From: an uncultured Bacteroidales bacterium
Lineage (GTDB): Bacteria > Bacteroidota > Bacteroidia > Bacteroidales > UBA4417
NCBI GenBank assembly: GCA_937889945.1
Contig: CALBZC010000026.1
Span: 64,871 to 128,870 of the forward strand
Length of the DNA: 64,000 nt
Direction: 5' to 3'
Each line of letters opens with the position of its first letter. The first letter of the stretch is position 1. The translations under genes and the position numbers were made by a program. Of the stretch, positions 49,319 to 59,014 are shown one piece after another. The notes under the pieces are model-generated. The model saw only the letters and a list, made by a program, of their open reading frames with translations, was not told the origin of the DNA and did no database searches.

Positions 49319-50230
49319 ATGAAGAATTTATTATATCTGGCTTTAGCTATAATAGCCGTTTCGTGTGGCAGAGGCGGATCATCATCAAACCATACGCCTG
49401 ATTCTACTGCCAACCTTAAAAATAAAGAGACTTGCAGCTACATGGCTGTAAAATCAAATATAGAAAACATCAAAAATATAGGCATTGAAGGAATAGCAAT
49501 CAGTTCAAAACAAATATCCGCCTGTATAAATGTATTTACTGAAGCTGAACGCGATTCGGTATTCACACTTTTATATAAAAATGCACACATGGCGGCAGAA
49601 CGGTTTAACGATTCTTTATATGCCAAAAGCTATAAAAATATCAGCAGTAAATTGGCGCGTGATGTAAAAGATGCGGAAACAAATGCTTTTAAATTGCGGT
49701 TAGACAGTTGCGGAATAATGCTTCATCTTTCGGACGGCATGTACACTGCCGAGTTAAATCCTTCTTTTTTTCAACATCTTTTTGGAAATCATATTTCAGA
49801 ACCTTTTCAATTATATATAAATCAACAGACTATTGATAAAAAACAAGGCTATATTAATAACGGAGATTTGATTATTCGTTTCGAGCAGCTTTATGAGCGC
49901 ATTGTACAGTGGGAAAATTTTATGGATAAATATCCTGATTCCCCTTTTATAAACGACATCAAAAACGATTACTATGATTATCTTTCCGTATTAATGGTAG
50001 GAACAACCAATACACCTACTTTTGATTATGATTTAAACCGGCTGAAAGATGAATTGATAAAACTTTACGAAAAGATAAGCAAAAAAACTGACGGTAAAAA
50101 TTCAACGCGGGCAATTTCAAAATACTATAACCTTTTAAGAGCGCGAAATTTTAAAAAACCTGACGGAGATTTGTATAAATATCTTAAAGATAATGGATTT
50201 AATCCCATGTTGGGGATGAAAAACAAGTAG
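49319..50230 (+). CDS. lipoprotein, unknown function
   Basis: Lipobox LAIIAVSCG. 303-aa soluble domain without recognisable motifs. Confidence 0.5.
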   Translation: MKNLLYLALAIIAVSCGRGGSSSNHTPDSTANLKNKETCSYMAVKSNIENIKNIGIEGIAISSKQISACINVFTEAERDSVFTLLYKNAHMAAERFNDSLYAKSYKNISSKLARDVKDAETNAFKLRLDSCGIMLHLSDGMYTAELNPSFFQHLFGNHISEPFQLYINQQTIDKKQGYINNGDLIIRFEQLYERIVQWENFMDKYPDSPFINDIKNDYYDYLSVLMVGTTNTPTFDYDLNRLKDELIKLYEKISKKTDGKNSTRAISKYYNLLRARNFKKPDGDLYKYLKDNGFNPMLGMKNK

Positions 50231-50233
50231 GAG

Positions 50234-50701
50234 ATGAAGAAAGATATATTGAAAAAATTAAAACCTGCAGCGCCTAAACCTTTTCTTATTGCAGCGGGCG
50301 CTTTATTATGGGGATTTGCAGCCTATCGTATTTTAAGTATGGGGCTCAGGCTTATACAAGCAGACAGCATCGAGAATCAATGGAAAGAATATGGTATCGG
50401 CATTTTAGGATTTATCCCTTTTTTCCTGCTGGTATTTAGAAAAGTGAGTAGAAAATATATAACCCGCATTAAGAATTTGCCTAATGAACGACCTTGCATT
50501 TTTGCCTTTTTCGACCGCAAGGGCTATATTATCATGACATTTATGATTACGATGGGGATTTTAATGGCACATTGGGATATTATACCTCCTGCTTACAAGG
50601 GAACTTTCTTTATTTCGTTAGGTTTGTCACTGCTGGCTTCTGCTATATTTTACGTGATAGAAGGATACAATTTTACCAAAACACGGTATTGCCAAAAATA
50701 G
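50234..50701 (+). CDS. 4-TM membrane protein, unknown function
   Basis: 155 aa, 3 bp after the preceding gene. Confidence 0.45.
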   Translation: MKKDILKKLKPAAPKPFLIAAGALLWGFAAYRILSMGLRLIQADSIENQWKEYGIGILGFIPFFLLVFRKVSRKYITRIKNLPNERPCIFAFFDRKGYIIMTFMITMGILMAHWDIIPPAYKGTFFISLGLSLLASAIFYVIEGYNFTKTRYCQK

Positions 50702-50708
50702 AGGACCG

Positions 50709-51551
50709 CTATTTACACTTTATAGGAATTACTGCATGTAGCATATAGCCATCATGTAAATAGCTTAATGAAAAACGCGCCGAAGATTTGTTTTTTTTAC
50801 TTTGCCTCCACATGTATGCACCGGTGGCACAACCAATGGCAGAGCCTATAAACACATCGGAAGCCCAATGTTTATTATCATACATCCGCGAAACAGCAGT
50901 TCCGGCAGCTAAGGTATAGGCTAACATGGGCACCCATTCGGTTTTCCAATATTCCAATGCGTAAACTGTTGCCACGCTGAAAGCCACAGCCGAATGCCCC
51001 GATGAAAAACTTGTATATTCAGGATTCCCAAAAGGACCTTCCCATATATGAGGATCCGCCGGATTATCGTGAAGAGGTCTGTGCCTGTGCGCCAAATGCT
51101 TTATGCCAAAAGTGAGGGCGTATGATATAATAAAAGATTTTGCCGCCGTGAGTGATGTTCCCATAAGCCTGTCGTTGTTTGCCAAACTCCCTGCCAAATA
51201 AGAAGTTCCCACAAAAGCCATAGTTCCTATACCATTCCCGAAAGGTTCAAACACATACTTAGACATATTATCCATGCCTTTGGAACGATGCTCCATGAAA
51301 AAATCATGAATGGGCTTATCCTGCGTGTACAATAAAATACCACCTCCAACTACAGCCGACGCGGTTATCCATTGCCGCGTGTTCCATTGCATGGGCGACA
51401 GCAACACGCCTTTGCCATCTGTCCAATACGATTTAAAATATTCCTTGTTCAACGATGGATATTGCCGCACAAAAGTTGTTGTATCGTGCTGTGCAAACAG
51501 TTGAAACCAATTTAAAAATACAAATAATAAAAAAAATGTGGATTTACGCAT
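50709..51551 (-). CDS. PAP2-family phosphatase
   Basis: The three PAP2 motifs are present: KHLAHRHRP, SFSSGHS, and SRMYDNKHWASD. Confidence 0.85.
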   Translation of the reverse strand: MRKSTFFLLFVFLNWFQLFAQHDTTTFVRQYPSLNKEYFKSYWTDGKGVLLSPMQWNTRQWITASAVVGGGILLYTQDKPIHDFFMEHRSKGMDNMSKYVFEPFGNGIGTMAFVGTSYLAGSLANNDRLMGTSLTAAKSFIISYALTFGIKHLAHRHRPLHDNPADPHIWEGPFGNPEYTSFSSGHSAVAFSVATVYALEYWKTEWVPMLAYTLAAGTAVSRMYDNKHWASDVFIGSAIGCATGAYMWRQSKKNKSSARFSLSYLHDGYMLHAVIPIKCK

Positions 51552-52318
51552 TATTCCATTGATTTTGCTTTATTCCAATAGATATCCATTTCTTCCAACG
51601 TCATATCACGCATGGATTTCCCGTCTTCAGCCACTGCTTTTTCCAAATACTCAAATCGACTTTTAAATTTGCGATTGGTACGTTCCAAGGCAGTTTCAGG
51701 ATTCACATCTATAAAACGGGCATAGTTTATTAAGGCAAACAACACATCGCCAAACTCATTTTCTATTTTGTCGGCATTGTTATTTTTTATTTCGTGATGT
51801 AACTCATCTACCTCCTCTTTCACTTTATCCCAAACCTGTGTGGCATTATCCCAATCAAAGCCCACGCCACGCGCCTTATCCTGCATGCGATAGGCTTTAA
51901 TCATTGCAGGAAGCGAGTTTGGAACTCCCTCAAGTACGGATTTGCGACCTTCTGCAAGTTTTATTTTTTCCCAGTTATTTTTTACCTCTTCCGCATTGGT
52001 AACTTGTGTATCGCTAAAAATATGCGGATGACGACGGATAAGCTTTTCGTTTATGCCTTCTATTACTTTGGTAATATCAAAACGCGAAATTTCTTCGCCC
52101 AATTTTGCGTAAAAAACGATGTGGAGTAATAAATCGCCCAACTCTTTTGAAATTTCCATGTAGTCTTTATCCAATATGGCATCAGAGAGTTCATAAGTTT
52201 CTTCGATAGTGAGGTGGCGCAACGAGTCAAAAGTTTGCTCTTTATCCCAAGGACATTCGGCACGCAGCTTATCCATAATATCCAACAAGCGCTTAAATGC
52301 CTCTAATCTTTTATCCAT
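51551..52318 (-). CDS. mazG: nucleoside triphosphate pyrophosphohydrolase MazG
   Basis: Tandem MazG domains with EETYEL...ELGDLL and EEVDEL...EFGDVLF motifs. 255 aa. Confidence 0.9.
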   Translation of the reverse strand: MDKRLEAFKRLLDIMDKLRAECPWDKEQTFDSLRHLTIEETYELSDAILDKDYMEISKELGDLLLHIVFYAKLGEEISRFDITKVIEGINEKLIRRHPHIFSDTQVTNAEEVKNNWEKIKLAEGRKSVLEGVPNSLPAMIKAYRMQDKARGVGFDWDNATQVWDKVKEEVDELHHEIKNNNADKIENEFGDVLFALINYARFIDVNPETALERTNRKFKSRFEYLEKAVAEDGKSMRDMTLEEMDIYWNKAKSME

Positions 52319-52332
52319 ATATTTATTTTTTG

Positions 52333-52340
52333 CAAAGATA
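52333..52340 (-). promoter_or_regulatory. -7 promoter box (minus strand TATCTTTG) of mazG
   Basis: Perfect TAnnTTTG, 14 nt upstream of the mazG ATG. The same octamer precedes rnpB. Confidence 0.5.
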
Positions 52341-52381
52341 GAGAATTATGGGTTGGGATTAGAAAAAGAGATTATATACAT

Positions 52382-52426
52382 AATGAGTGATGAGTGATGG
52401 GCGATGAGTGATGGGCGATGGGTGAT
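52382..52426. repeat. heptanucleotide tandem repeat (GATGRGY) x 6.4
   Basis: AATGAGT GATGAGT GATGGGC GATGAGT GATGGGC GATGGGT GAT. Intergenic, between the stop of 52450-53118 and the mazG promoter. Confidence 0.9.
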
Positions 52427-52449
52427 ATAGTTTTTGTTATTTTTATTGG

Positions 52450-53118
52450 CTAAAAATAGATTTCAGAGATAATATTATCAAAAGGTATGTTTTTACCTAA
52501 TAGAATATCTCTGCATTCCACAACCATTTCGGCGCTACCGCATAGATAATATTTAGCCTGGAGGGGCAAATTTTCTCTTGTTTTCAAATATTGTGTAACC
52601 CTCCCGTTAAAAACATTATCACCTGTTTCTGCCGAGCAACAACGCACATAGCTATCGCCCAACAACGCCAACAACTCATCTTGGAAATAAAAAGCCGTAG
52701 CCATCCTGCCTCCATGAATCAATTTTTTGTGCATATGCAAGCCTGAGCGTGCCATACTTAAAAAAGGTGCTACTCCCGTTCCTGTAGCAATCCAATAGGC
52801 AGGTTCCTCCGTTCCGAAATACGTTCCGAAAGGTTCCGAAATCCAAATATAATCGCCACTTTTTAAAGCAGCCATGCTGGGCGTTAATCTTCCTTCGGGT
52901 TTTATATTATAAAGAATTTGAACATCCTTGTCCTTTTCTCCCGAAGCAATGCTATACAAGCGGGCATCATCAGTTGCAGATAGCCCTATTCCCAGCACCT
53001 GACCGGCTTTAAAATCAAAATCTCGCTTAAAAGAAAGTACAAATACGTTTTCAGCTATTTCTATGTTATTAATTACCTCAACAGGTTTAAGTTTTAATAA
53101 AACTTTGTTTTTTGCCAT
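52450..53118 (-). CDS. ferredoxin-NADP reductase-like FAD/NAD(P)-binding oxidoreductase
   Basis: RLYSIAS (RxYS FAD motif), GTGVAPF NAD(P)-binding motif, and C-terminal YLCGS. 222 aa. Confidence 0.75.
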   Translation of the reverse strand: MAKNKVLLKLKPVEVINNIEIAENVFVLSFKRDFDFKAGQVLGIGLSATDDARLYSIASGEKDKDVQILYNIKPEGRLTPSMAALKSGDYIWISEPFGTYFGTEEPAYWIATGTGVAPFLSMARSGLHMHKKLIHGGRMATAFYFQDELLALLGDSYVRCCSAETGDNVFNGRVTQYLKTRENLPLQAKYYLCGSAEMVVECRDILLGKNIPFDNIISEIYF

Positions 53119-53333
53119 AATAAATTCAAAAATATATAAAACGGCATAGCGCTTTTTTGGTTCAAAAATTATACGCCGCGTATGCTATTTTTTATTTCCT
53201 GCATCAGTATGTATGTATTAAAATGAGTCCATGCCATTTATCACTCAGTTCCATCCATATAAAACGGCATATTTTTTGATTATTATTTTTAATCATTTGA
53301 TTAAAACATTTTTTTAAATCAAGTGTTTTATTT

Positions 53334-53341
53334 TAAATTTG
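53334..53341 (+). promoter_or_regulatory. -7 promoter box (TAAATTTG) of the TetR-efflux operon
   Basis: TAnnTTTG, 15 nt upstream of the ATG at 53357. Confidence 0.5.
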
Positions 53342-53356
53342 CAAAAATTTTATACC

Positions 53357-53956
53357 ATGACGGATTCAACAGAAGATAAAATTAAAGAGGCTGCACGTAA
53401 AGTTTTCACGCAAAAAGGCTATGCAGCCACTCGCACACGCGATATTGCCCAAGAGGCAGGAATAAACCTTGCACTGTTAAATTATTATTTCAGAAGTAAG
53501 GAAAAACTTTTTGAGCTTGTAATGAAAGAAAGAATTGATGAGCTTTTTGGAGCCGTAATTCCTGTTTTAGTGAACAAAAACGACAATTTAAGTCAAAAAA
53601 TTGAGAAAATAACAGAAATATATTTCAATCTGTTATCGCAAAACCCTGATTTACCCATGTTTGTATTAAATGAAATAAAAAATAAGCCTGACAATTCTCA
53701 TATCTCCAAATATCTTAAAGAACTTTTCAATCGTGCCGAGCTGCAAGAAGTATTGGACAGTGTACCCACACAAATGCAACCATTCCATTTTTTGGTGAAT
53801 TTTATCGGCAGCATTGTTTTTCCTTTTGTTGCACGCCCCATACTTATTACATCCGGAAGGGTATCAAGTGAAGAATACCTGGAAATCATAAAACAACAAA
53901 AAGCTATTATTCCGCAATTGGTTCAAAATCTAATGAATATAAAAATAGAAAAGTAA
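53357..53956 (+). CDS. TetR/AcrR family transcriptional regulator
   Basis: N-terminal HTH: AARKVFTQKGYAATRTRDIAQEAGINLALLNYYFRSKEKLF. The track ORF begins at TTG 53339. Confidence 0.88.
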   Translation: MTDSTEDKIKEAARKVFTQKGYAATRTRDIAQEAGINLALLNYYFRSKEKLFELVMKERIDELFGAVIPVLVNKNDNLSQKIEKITEIYFNLLSQNPDLPMFVLNEIKNKPDNSHISKYLKELFNRAELQEVLDSVPTQMQPFHFLVNFIGSIVFPFVARPILITSGRVSSEEYLEIIKQQKAIIPQLVQNLMNIKIEK

Positions 53957-53962
53957 ACTTGT

Positions 53963-55234
53963 ATGAACACTTTAAAAAAATACATTATCCTCTTTTGTTC
54001 TTTGGCTATTACTTGGCAGATAAATGCACAAAGTATAGGCATTGAAGAGTGTTATAAACTGGCAAAAGAAAACTATCCTTTAGCTAAACAAAAGGATTTA
54101 ATTGTCAAAAGTAAAGATTATAATATGCAAAACGCACTGAAAGGCTATCTTCCACAAGTTAATCTTGTAGGACAGGCATCATACCAATCAGACGTAACCT
54201 CCGTTGACCTGCCCGCCTCCATTGCAAACATGGTGAATATTGAAAAACCTGCCAAAGACCAATATAAACTGTATGGCGAAGTTGCACAAACCTTATACGA
54301 CGGCGGCATTATAAAACAGCAGGGTAAAATCTATGAAGCTAACGCAACAGCCGATTTGCAGCGTATAGAAGTAGAGCTTTACAAGCTCAATGAACGGGTT
54401 ACGGATTTATACTTTGGCATATTGCTTATAAGTGAACAACTTCATCAAAACGAATTGTTTAAAAAAGATATAAAACTTGTGCTGAGCAAGGTTGAATCTT
54501 CAGTGGCTAACGGCGTTTCTCTAAAAAGCAATGCTACAGTATTACAGGCAGAAATGGTAAAAGCCGAACAACACAATATTGAACTCAGCGCCAATCGCAG
54601 AGCTTACATAAACATGCTGAGCGAATTGATCCATAAACCTTTAAATGAAGAAACAAATTTTATAAAACCTCCTGTTATCAATACCTCTGAAAATATCAAC
54701 CGTCCGGAATTAAAATTATTTGAAGCACAAAACAAAATTATTGAAGCACAAACGCAAATGATAAAAGCTAAAAATTTGCCTAAACTCGGGTTGTTTTTCC
54801 AAGGAGGCGCCGGAAGACCTGCATTAAACATGCTTAGCAATAAATTTGACCCCTATTTTGCAGGAGGTTTACGACTTACCATTCCTTTAACAGGCTACTA
54901 CACGCAGAAAAACGACTTGGCATTGTTATCCGTGAACCGTTTGAGTAACGAGGTGCAAAAAGAAACTTTTTTATTCAACACCCATTTTGAACTCAAAAAA
55001 CAAAATGAAGAAATTGACAAGCTCAACCAATTGATTAATACAGATACCGAGTTAATAAGTCTGCGCGAAAGCGTTAAAAAATCGTCGGTTGCACAATTGG
55101 AGAATGGGGTCATTAACTCTAACGATTATTTGCGCGAACTAAATGCCGAAGATATTGCCAAGCAAAATAAAATTATGCACGAGTTGCAACTGCTTATGGC
55201 TTTGTATAAACAAAAAATAACAAGCGGCAATTAG
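53963..55234 (+). CDS. TolC-family outer membrane efflux protein
   Basis: 423 aa. Signal peptide and two repeated coiled-coil/beta-barrel halves. Lies in an operon with HlyD and ABC genes. Confidence 0.8.
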   Translation: MNTLKKYIILFCSLAITWQINAQSIGIEECYKLAKENYPLAKQKDLIVKSKDYNMQNALKGYLPQVNLVGQASYQSDVTSVDLPASIANMVNIEKPAKDQYKLYGEVAQTLYDGGIIKQQGKIYEANATADLQRIEVELYKLNERVTDLYFGILLISEQLHQNELFKKDIKLVLSKVESSVANGVSLKSNATVLQAEMVKAEQHNIELSANRRAYINMLSELIHKPLNEETNFIKPPVINTSENINRPELKLFEAQNKIIEAQTQMIKAKNLPKLGLFFQGGAGRPALNMLSNKFDPYFAGGLRLTIPLTGYYTQKNDLALLSVNRLSNEVQKETFLFNTHFELKKQNEEIDKLNQLINTDTELISLRESVKKSSVAQLENGVINSNDYLRELNAEDIAKQNKIMHELQLLMALYKQKITSGN

Positions 55235-55297
55235 CATATTTAGGTATGATAATTACTATTTAAAAAACTAAAAATCAATAATTTAATAAAAAAATAT

Positions 55298-56185
55298 ATG
55301 AAGAAGTTTATATGGGTTACAATAACCGTTTTTTCGCTTTTTTCGTGCAGTAATAAAAAAAATTATGATGCCACAGGCTCTTTTGAAGCTGTAGAAACCA
55401 TTATCTCAGCACAAGGTATGGGTAATTTATTGCAGCTTGATATTGAAGAAGGAGAAAACCTGCAAGCCGGACAAACCATAGGGTTTATCGATAGCACGCA
55501 ACTTGTTTTAAGAAAAAAACAACTGGCAGCCCAAAGCAATGCCGTTGTAAGTCGCAAACCCGATATTAACGCACAAGTTGCAGCCTACAAAGAACAATTG
55601 AAGCAAGCAGAACATGAACAACAACGTCTTGTTAAACTTGTGCAAGCTGATGCTGCTACTAAAAAACAACTCGATGATGCCAATGCGCAAATTAATATTA
55701 TCAAAAAACAAATTGCCGCGCAAGAATCGGCATTGGCTACTACTTCACAAAGTTTAAGCCAAGAAACCGTGCCTATCAACATGCAGGTAGCGCAGCTTAA
55801 CGACCAATTGAGCAAATACCGCATCGTGAACCCCATAACCGGAACCGTGCTCACAAAATATGCCGAAGTAAACGAATTGGTTACCACAGGAAAGCCACTC
55901 TATAAAATTGCAGATCTATCATCCATGATCCTACGGGCTTATATTACGGGCAGCCAATTGTCGCAGATTAAAATAGGACAACCCGTTAAAGTGCGTATAG
56001 ATGCAGGCAAAAACAACTACAAGCAATACACGGGCACTATTGAATGGATTAGCAGCCAGGCGGAGTTTACGCCCAAAACCATTCAAACCAAAGACGAACG
56101 CCAAAATTTAGTGTATGCCATAAAAGTGCGTGTTAAAAACGATGGCTACCTGAAAATAGGTATGTACGGAGAAATTATTTTTTAA
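55298..56185 (+). CDS. HlyD-family membrane fusion (periplasmic adaptor) protein
   Basis: Lipobox LFSCS, lipoyl-like hairpin, long coiled coil (QLKQAEHEQQRL..QLDDANAQI), and a beta-barrel domain. Confidence 0.8.
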   Translation: MKKFIWVTITVFSLFSCSNKKNYDATGSFEAVETIISAQGMGNLLQLDIEEGENLQAGQTIGFIDSTQLVLRKKQLAAQSNAVVSRKPDINAQVAAYKEQLKQAEHEQQRLVKLVQADAATKKQLDDANAQINIIKKQIAAQESALATTSQSLSQETVPINMQVAQLNDQLSKYRIVNPITGTVLTKYAEVNELVTTGKPLYKIADLSSMILRAYITGSQLSQIKIGQPVKVRIDAGKNNYKQYTGTIEWISSQAEFTPKTIQTKDERQNLVYAIKVRVKNDGYLKIGMYGEIIF

Positions 56186-56195
56186 AACTCTTGTT

Positions 56196-57104
56196 GTGAA
56201 TACAATTGAAGTAAAAGATATAAACAAAAGCTACGAAAAAGGGAAAGTTACAGCGTTGAAAAATGTGAGTTTCAATGTGGGAAAAGGAGAGCTTTTCGGG
56301 CTGATAGGTCCTGACGGTGCAGGGAAAACTACCATTTTCAGGTTGCTGACCACGTTGTTGATTCCTGATAGTGGCGAAGCTAAAGTATTAGGCTATGATA
56401 TTGTGAAAGATTATAAGCAAATAAGAAATTTAGTAGGATACATGCCGGGGAAATTTTCGCTTTACGCCGATTTAACGATTGAAGAAAATCTTAATTTTTT
56501 CGCTACACTGTTCGGCACTACAATTGAAGAAAATTATCATCTTATAAAAGATATTTATGAGCAAATAGCGCCATTTAAAAAACGACGTGCAGGAAAATTA
56601 TCGGGCGGGATGAAACAAAAACTGGCTTTATGCTGCGCCCTTATCCACAAACCCGAAGTGTTGTTTTTGGATGAACCTACTACAGGCATCGACCCCGTTT
56701 CGCGGGTTGAGCTTTGGGATATGCTTCAAAAACTTAAAACAGAAGGCATTACTATTTTGGCATCCACACCTTACATGGACGAAGCTGTGCGCTGCGACAG
56801 GGTTGCGCTTATACAGGAAGGGGAAATTTTGAATATTGACACCCCCGACAATATTACGGGTCAATTCAATAAAAAATTATATGCCATTAAAGCCGGTAAT
56901 ATGTATGCGCTGCTGAAAGCCTTGAAACAATATCCCGAAACCGATAACAGTTATGCTTTTGGCGAATATGCTCATGTGATAGTAAACGGAGATGTGGAAA
57001 ATTTAAAATCTTTTTTGGAAAAACAAGGTATATCAGGTATAGAAGTAAGAAATACGCTTCCAACCATTGAGGATACATTTATTGCAGAAAGTTATAAACC
57101 ATAA
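56196..57104 (+). CDS. ABC transporter ATP-binding protein (YbhF-like, first ATPase)
   Basis: GTG start. Walker A GPDGAGKTT, signature LSGGMKQKL, Walker B VLFLDEPT. Confidence 0.88.
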   Translation: MNTIEVKDINKSYEKGKVTALKNVSFNVGKGELFGLIGPDGAGKTTIFRLLTTLLIPDSGEAKVLGYDIVKDYKQIRNLVGYMPGKFSLYADLTIEENLNFFATLFGTTIEENYHLIKDIYEQIAPFKKRRAGKLSGGMKQKLALCCALIHKPEVLFLDEPTTGIDPVSRVELWDMLQKLKTEGITILASTPYMDEAVRCDRVALIQEGEILNIDTPDNITGQFNKKLYAIKAGNMYALLKALKQYPETDNSYAFGEYAHVIVNGDVENLKSFLEKQGISGIEVRNTLPTIEDTFIAESYKP

Positions 57105-57141
57105 AGTTTTGGCGCTACGCAACAAAATAATATTAAAATAA

Positions 57142-57885
57142 ATGAATAATAACATCGTTATACACGCGCATGATTTAACAAAAAAATTCGGAAATTTTAC
57201 CGCCGTTGACCATATCTCTTTTGAAGTAGGAACAGGTGAAATATTCGGGTTTTTAGGTGCAAACGGGGCGGGCAAAACCACCGCCATGCGCATGCTTTGC
57301 GGATTATCGCATCCTACCTCCGGAGAAGCATCAGTAGCAGGCTACAATGTATATAAACAGCAGGAGCAAATTAAAAAAAACATAGGCTACATGAGTCAGA
57401 AGTTTTCGTTGTATGAAGACCTCACCATTGTAGAGAACATACAATTTTATGGCGGCATATATGGTGTGAAGCCTAAAGAAATAAAAGAGCGCACACAAAT
57501 ATTATTGAAAAAACTGAACATCGAAAACCAGGCAAAAAGCTTAGTAGGCTCCTTACCCTTGGGCTGGAAACAGAAACTTGCTTTTTCGGTAGCTATTTTT
57601 CATGAGCCTAAAATTGTTTTCCTGGATGAGCCTACCAGCGGCGTTGACCCCATTACAAGACGCCAGTTTTGGGAACTTATCTACGAAGCTGGCAACCAAG
57701 GTATAACGGTTTTTGTAACTACCCACTATATGGACGAAGCCGAATATTGCAACCGTATTTCGCTTATGGTTGACGGAAAAATAGCGGCAATGGATACACC
57801 TGCAAATCTTAAACAACAACATAGTGCCGACAATATGGGCGATGTATTTTATGCATTAGCCCGTGGCGCCAAACGTAGCGAATAA
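57142..57885 (+). CDS. ABC transporter ATP-binding protein (second ATPase, degenerate signature motif)
   Basis: Walker A GANGAGKTT and Walker B IVFLDEPT. The signature position reads LPLGWKQKL instead of LSGGxxQ. Confidence 0.85.
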   Translation: MNNNIVIHAHDLTKKFGNFTAVDHISFEVGTGEIFGFLGANGAGKTTAMRMLCGLSHPTSGEASVAGYNVYKQQEQIKKNIGYMSQKFSLYEDLTIVENIQFYGGIYGVKPKEIKERTQILLKKLNIENQAKSLVGSLPLGWKQKLAFSVAIFHEPKIVFLDEPTSGVDPITRRQFWELIYEAGNQGITVFVTTHYMDEAEYCNRISLMVDGKIAAMDTPANLKQQHSADNMGDVFYALARGAKRSE

Positions 57886-57895
57886 TTTAAAAACT

Positions 57896-59014
57896 ATGAT
57901 AAAACACAAAATATACAAACAATTCACCGCATTTATACGCAAGGAGTTTTACCATGTTTTCAGAGACAGGAAAACCTTGCTTATTATGTTTGTGTTGCCT
58001 GTAGTGCAAATTTTACTTTTTGGTTTTGCATTAACAAACGAGGTGAAAAACGCCAGACTGCTCATCGTAAATCCCACAGAAAACGCAGTTTCCGGACAAA
58101 TTATTTCCAAAATAAAAGCCAGCAAATACTTTACCGTTACAAATGTTGCGCATAACACCACAGACATGGAATCTTACTTTAAAAGCGGCAACATACAATG
58201 CGCGCTTATTTTCCCATCTGGGTTTAATACTACATCCTTAAAAAATAATACCATACAAATTATAACAGACGGCACAGACCCCAATTTCTCCAAAACAGTT
58301 ACCAACTATCTTAATGCCATTATTGGCGAATATCTGCAAGAGCGTAGTATGCTCCAACAAGTTCCCCTGCAAATAAACAGCGAAGTGCGCATGTTGTATA
58401 ATCCGGAGATGAACGGCTCCATGGTATTTATTCCGGGTGTTATAGCGCTTATTATGATGATTGTGTGTTGCACCCTCACGGCAGTAGCCATTGTAAGAGA
58501 AAAAGAATTCGGATCCATGGAAGTACTGTTGGTATCGCCATTGAAACCTATTTTGGTACTTGTTGCCAAAGCATTACCCTACTTGGTACTTTCCATCATA
58601 AATCTTATTGTCATTTTACTGATGAGCCGTTTTGCGCTTGGCGTGCCCATAAGGGGCAGCCTGTTACTCTTATTTGCCGAAAGCATATTATTCATCATCA
58701 CTTGTCTGGCTTTCGGACTGGTAATTTCTAACAGCACAAATTCACAATCTGCTGCCATGCTCATTTCCATGATGGGTATGTTGCTGCCAACCCTTTTGTT
58801 TACAGGATTTTTATTCCCTTTAGAAAATATGCCCATAGGCTTTCAATGGTTTGCCAATATCGTTCCTGCCCGATGGTATTTCCTTATCGTGAACGATGTA
58901 ATGATTAAAGGTCTTTCGTTCAGCGGGGTGTGGAAAGAAACGCTTGTCCTCATAGGCATGAGCGTAACCTTGTTAAGCATAAGCATGTTAAAATTTAAAA
59001 CACGTTTACAATGA
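57896..59014 (+). CDS. ABC-2 family permease (YbhS/YbhR-like)
   Basis: ATG at 57896 (MIKHKIYKQF). One TM helix, a large loop, then 5 TM helices. The track ORF starts at 57863, inside the upstream gene. Confidence 0.8.
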   Translation: MIKHKIYKQFTAFIRKEFYHVFRDRKTLLIMFVLPVVQILLFGFALTNEVKNARLLIVNPTENAVSGQIISKIKASKYFTVTNVAHNTTDMESYFKSGNIQCALIFPSGFNTTSLKNNTIQIITDGTDPNFSKTVTNYLNAIIGEYLQERSMLQQVPLQINSEVRMLYNPEMNGSMVFIPGVIALIMMIVCCTLTAVAIVREKEFGSMEVLLVSPLKPILVLVAKALPYLVLSIINLIVILLMSRFALGVPIRGSLLLLFAESILFIITCLAFGLVISNSTNSQSAAMLISMMGMLLPTLLFTGFLFPLENMPIGFQWFANIVPARWYFLIVNDVMIKGLSFSGVWKETLVLIGMSVTLLSISMLKFKTRLQ

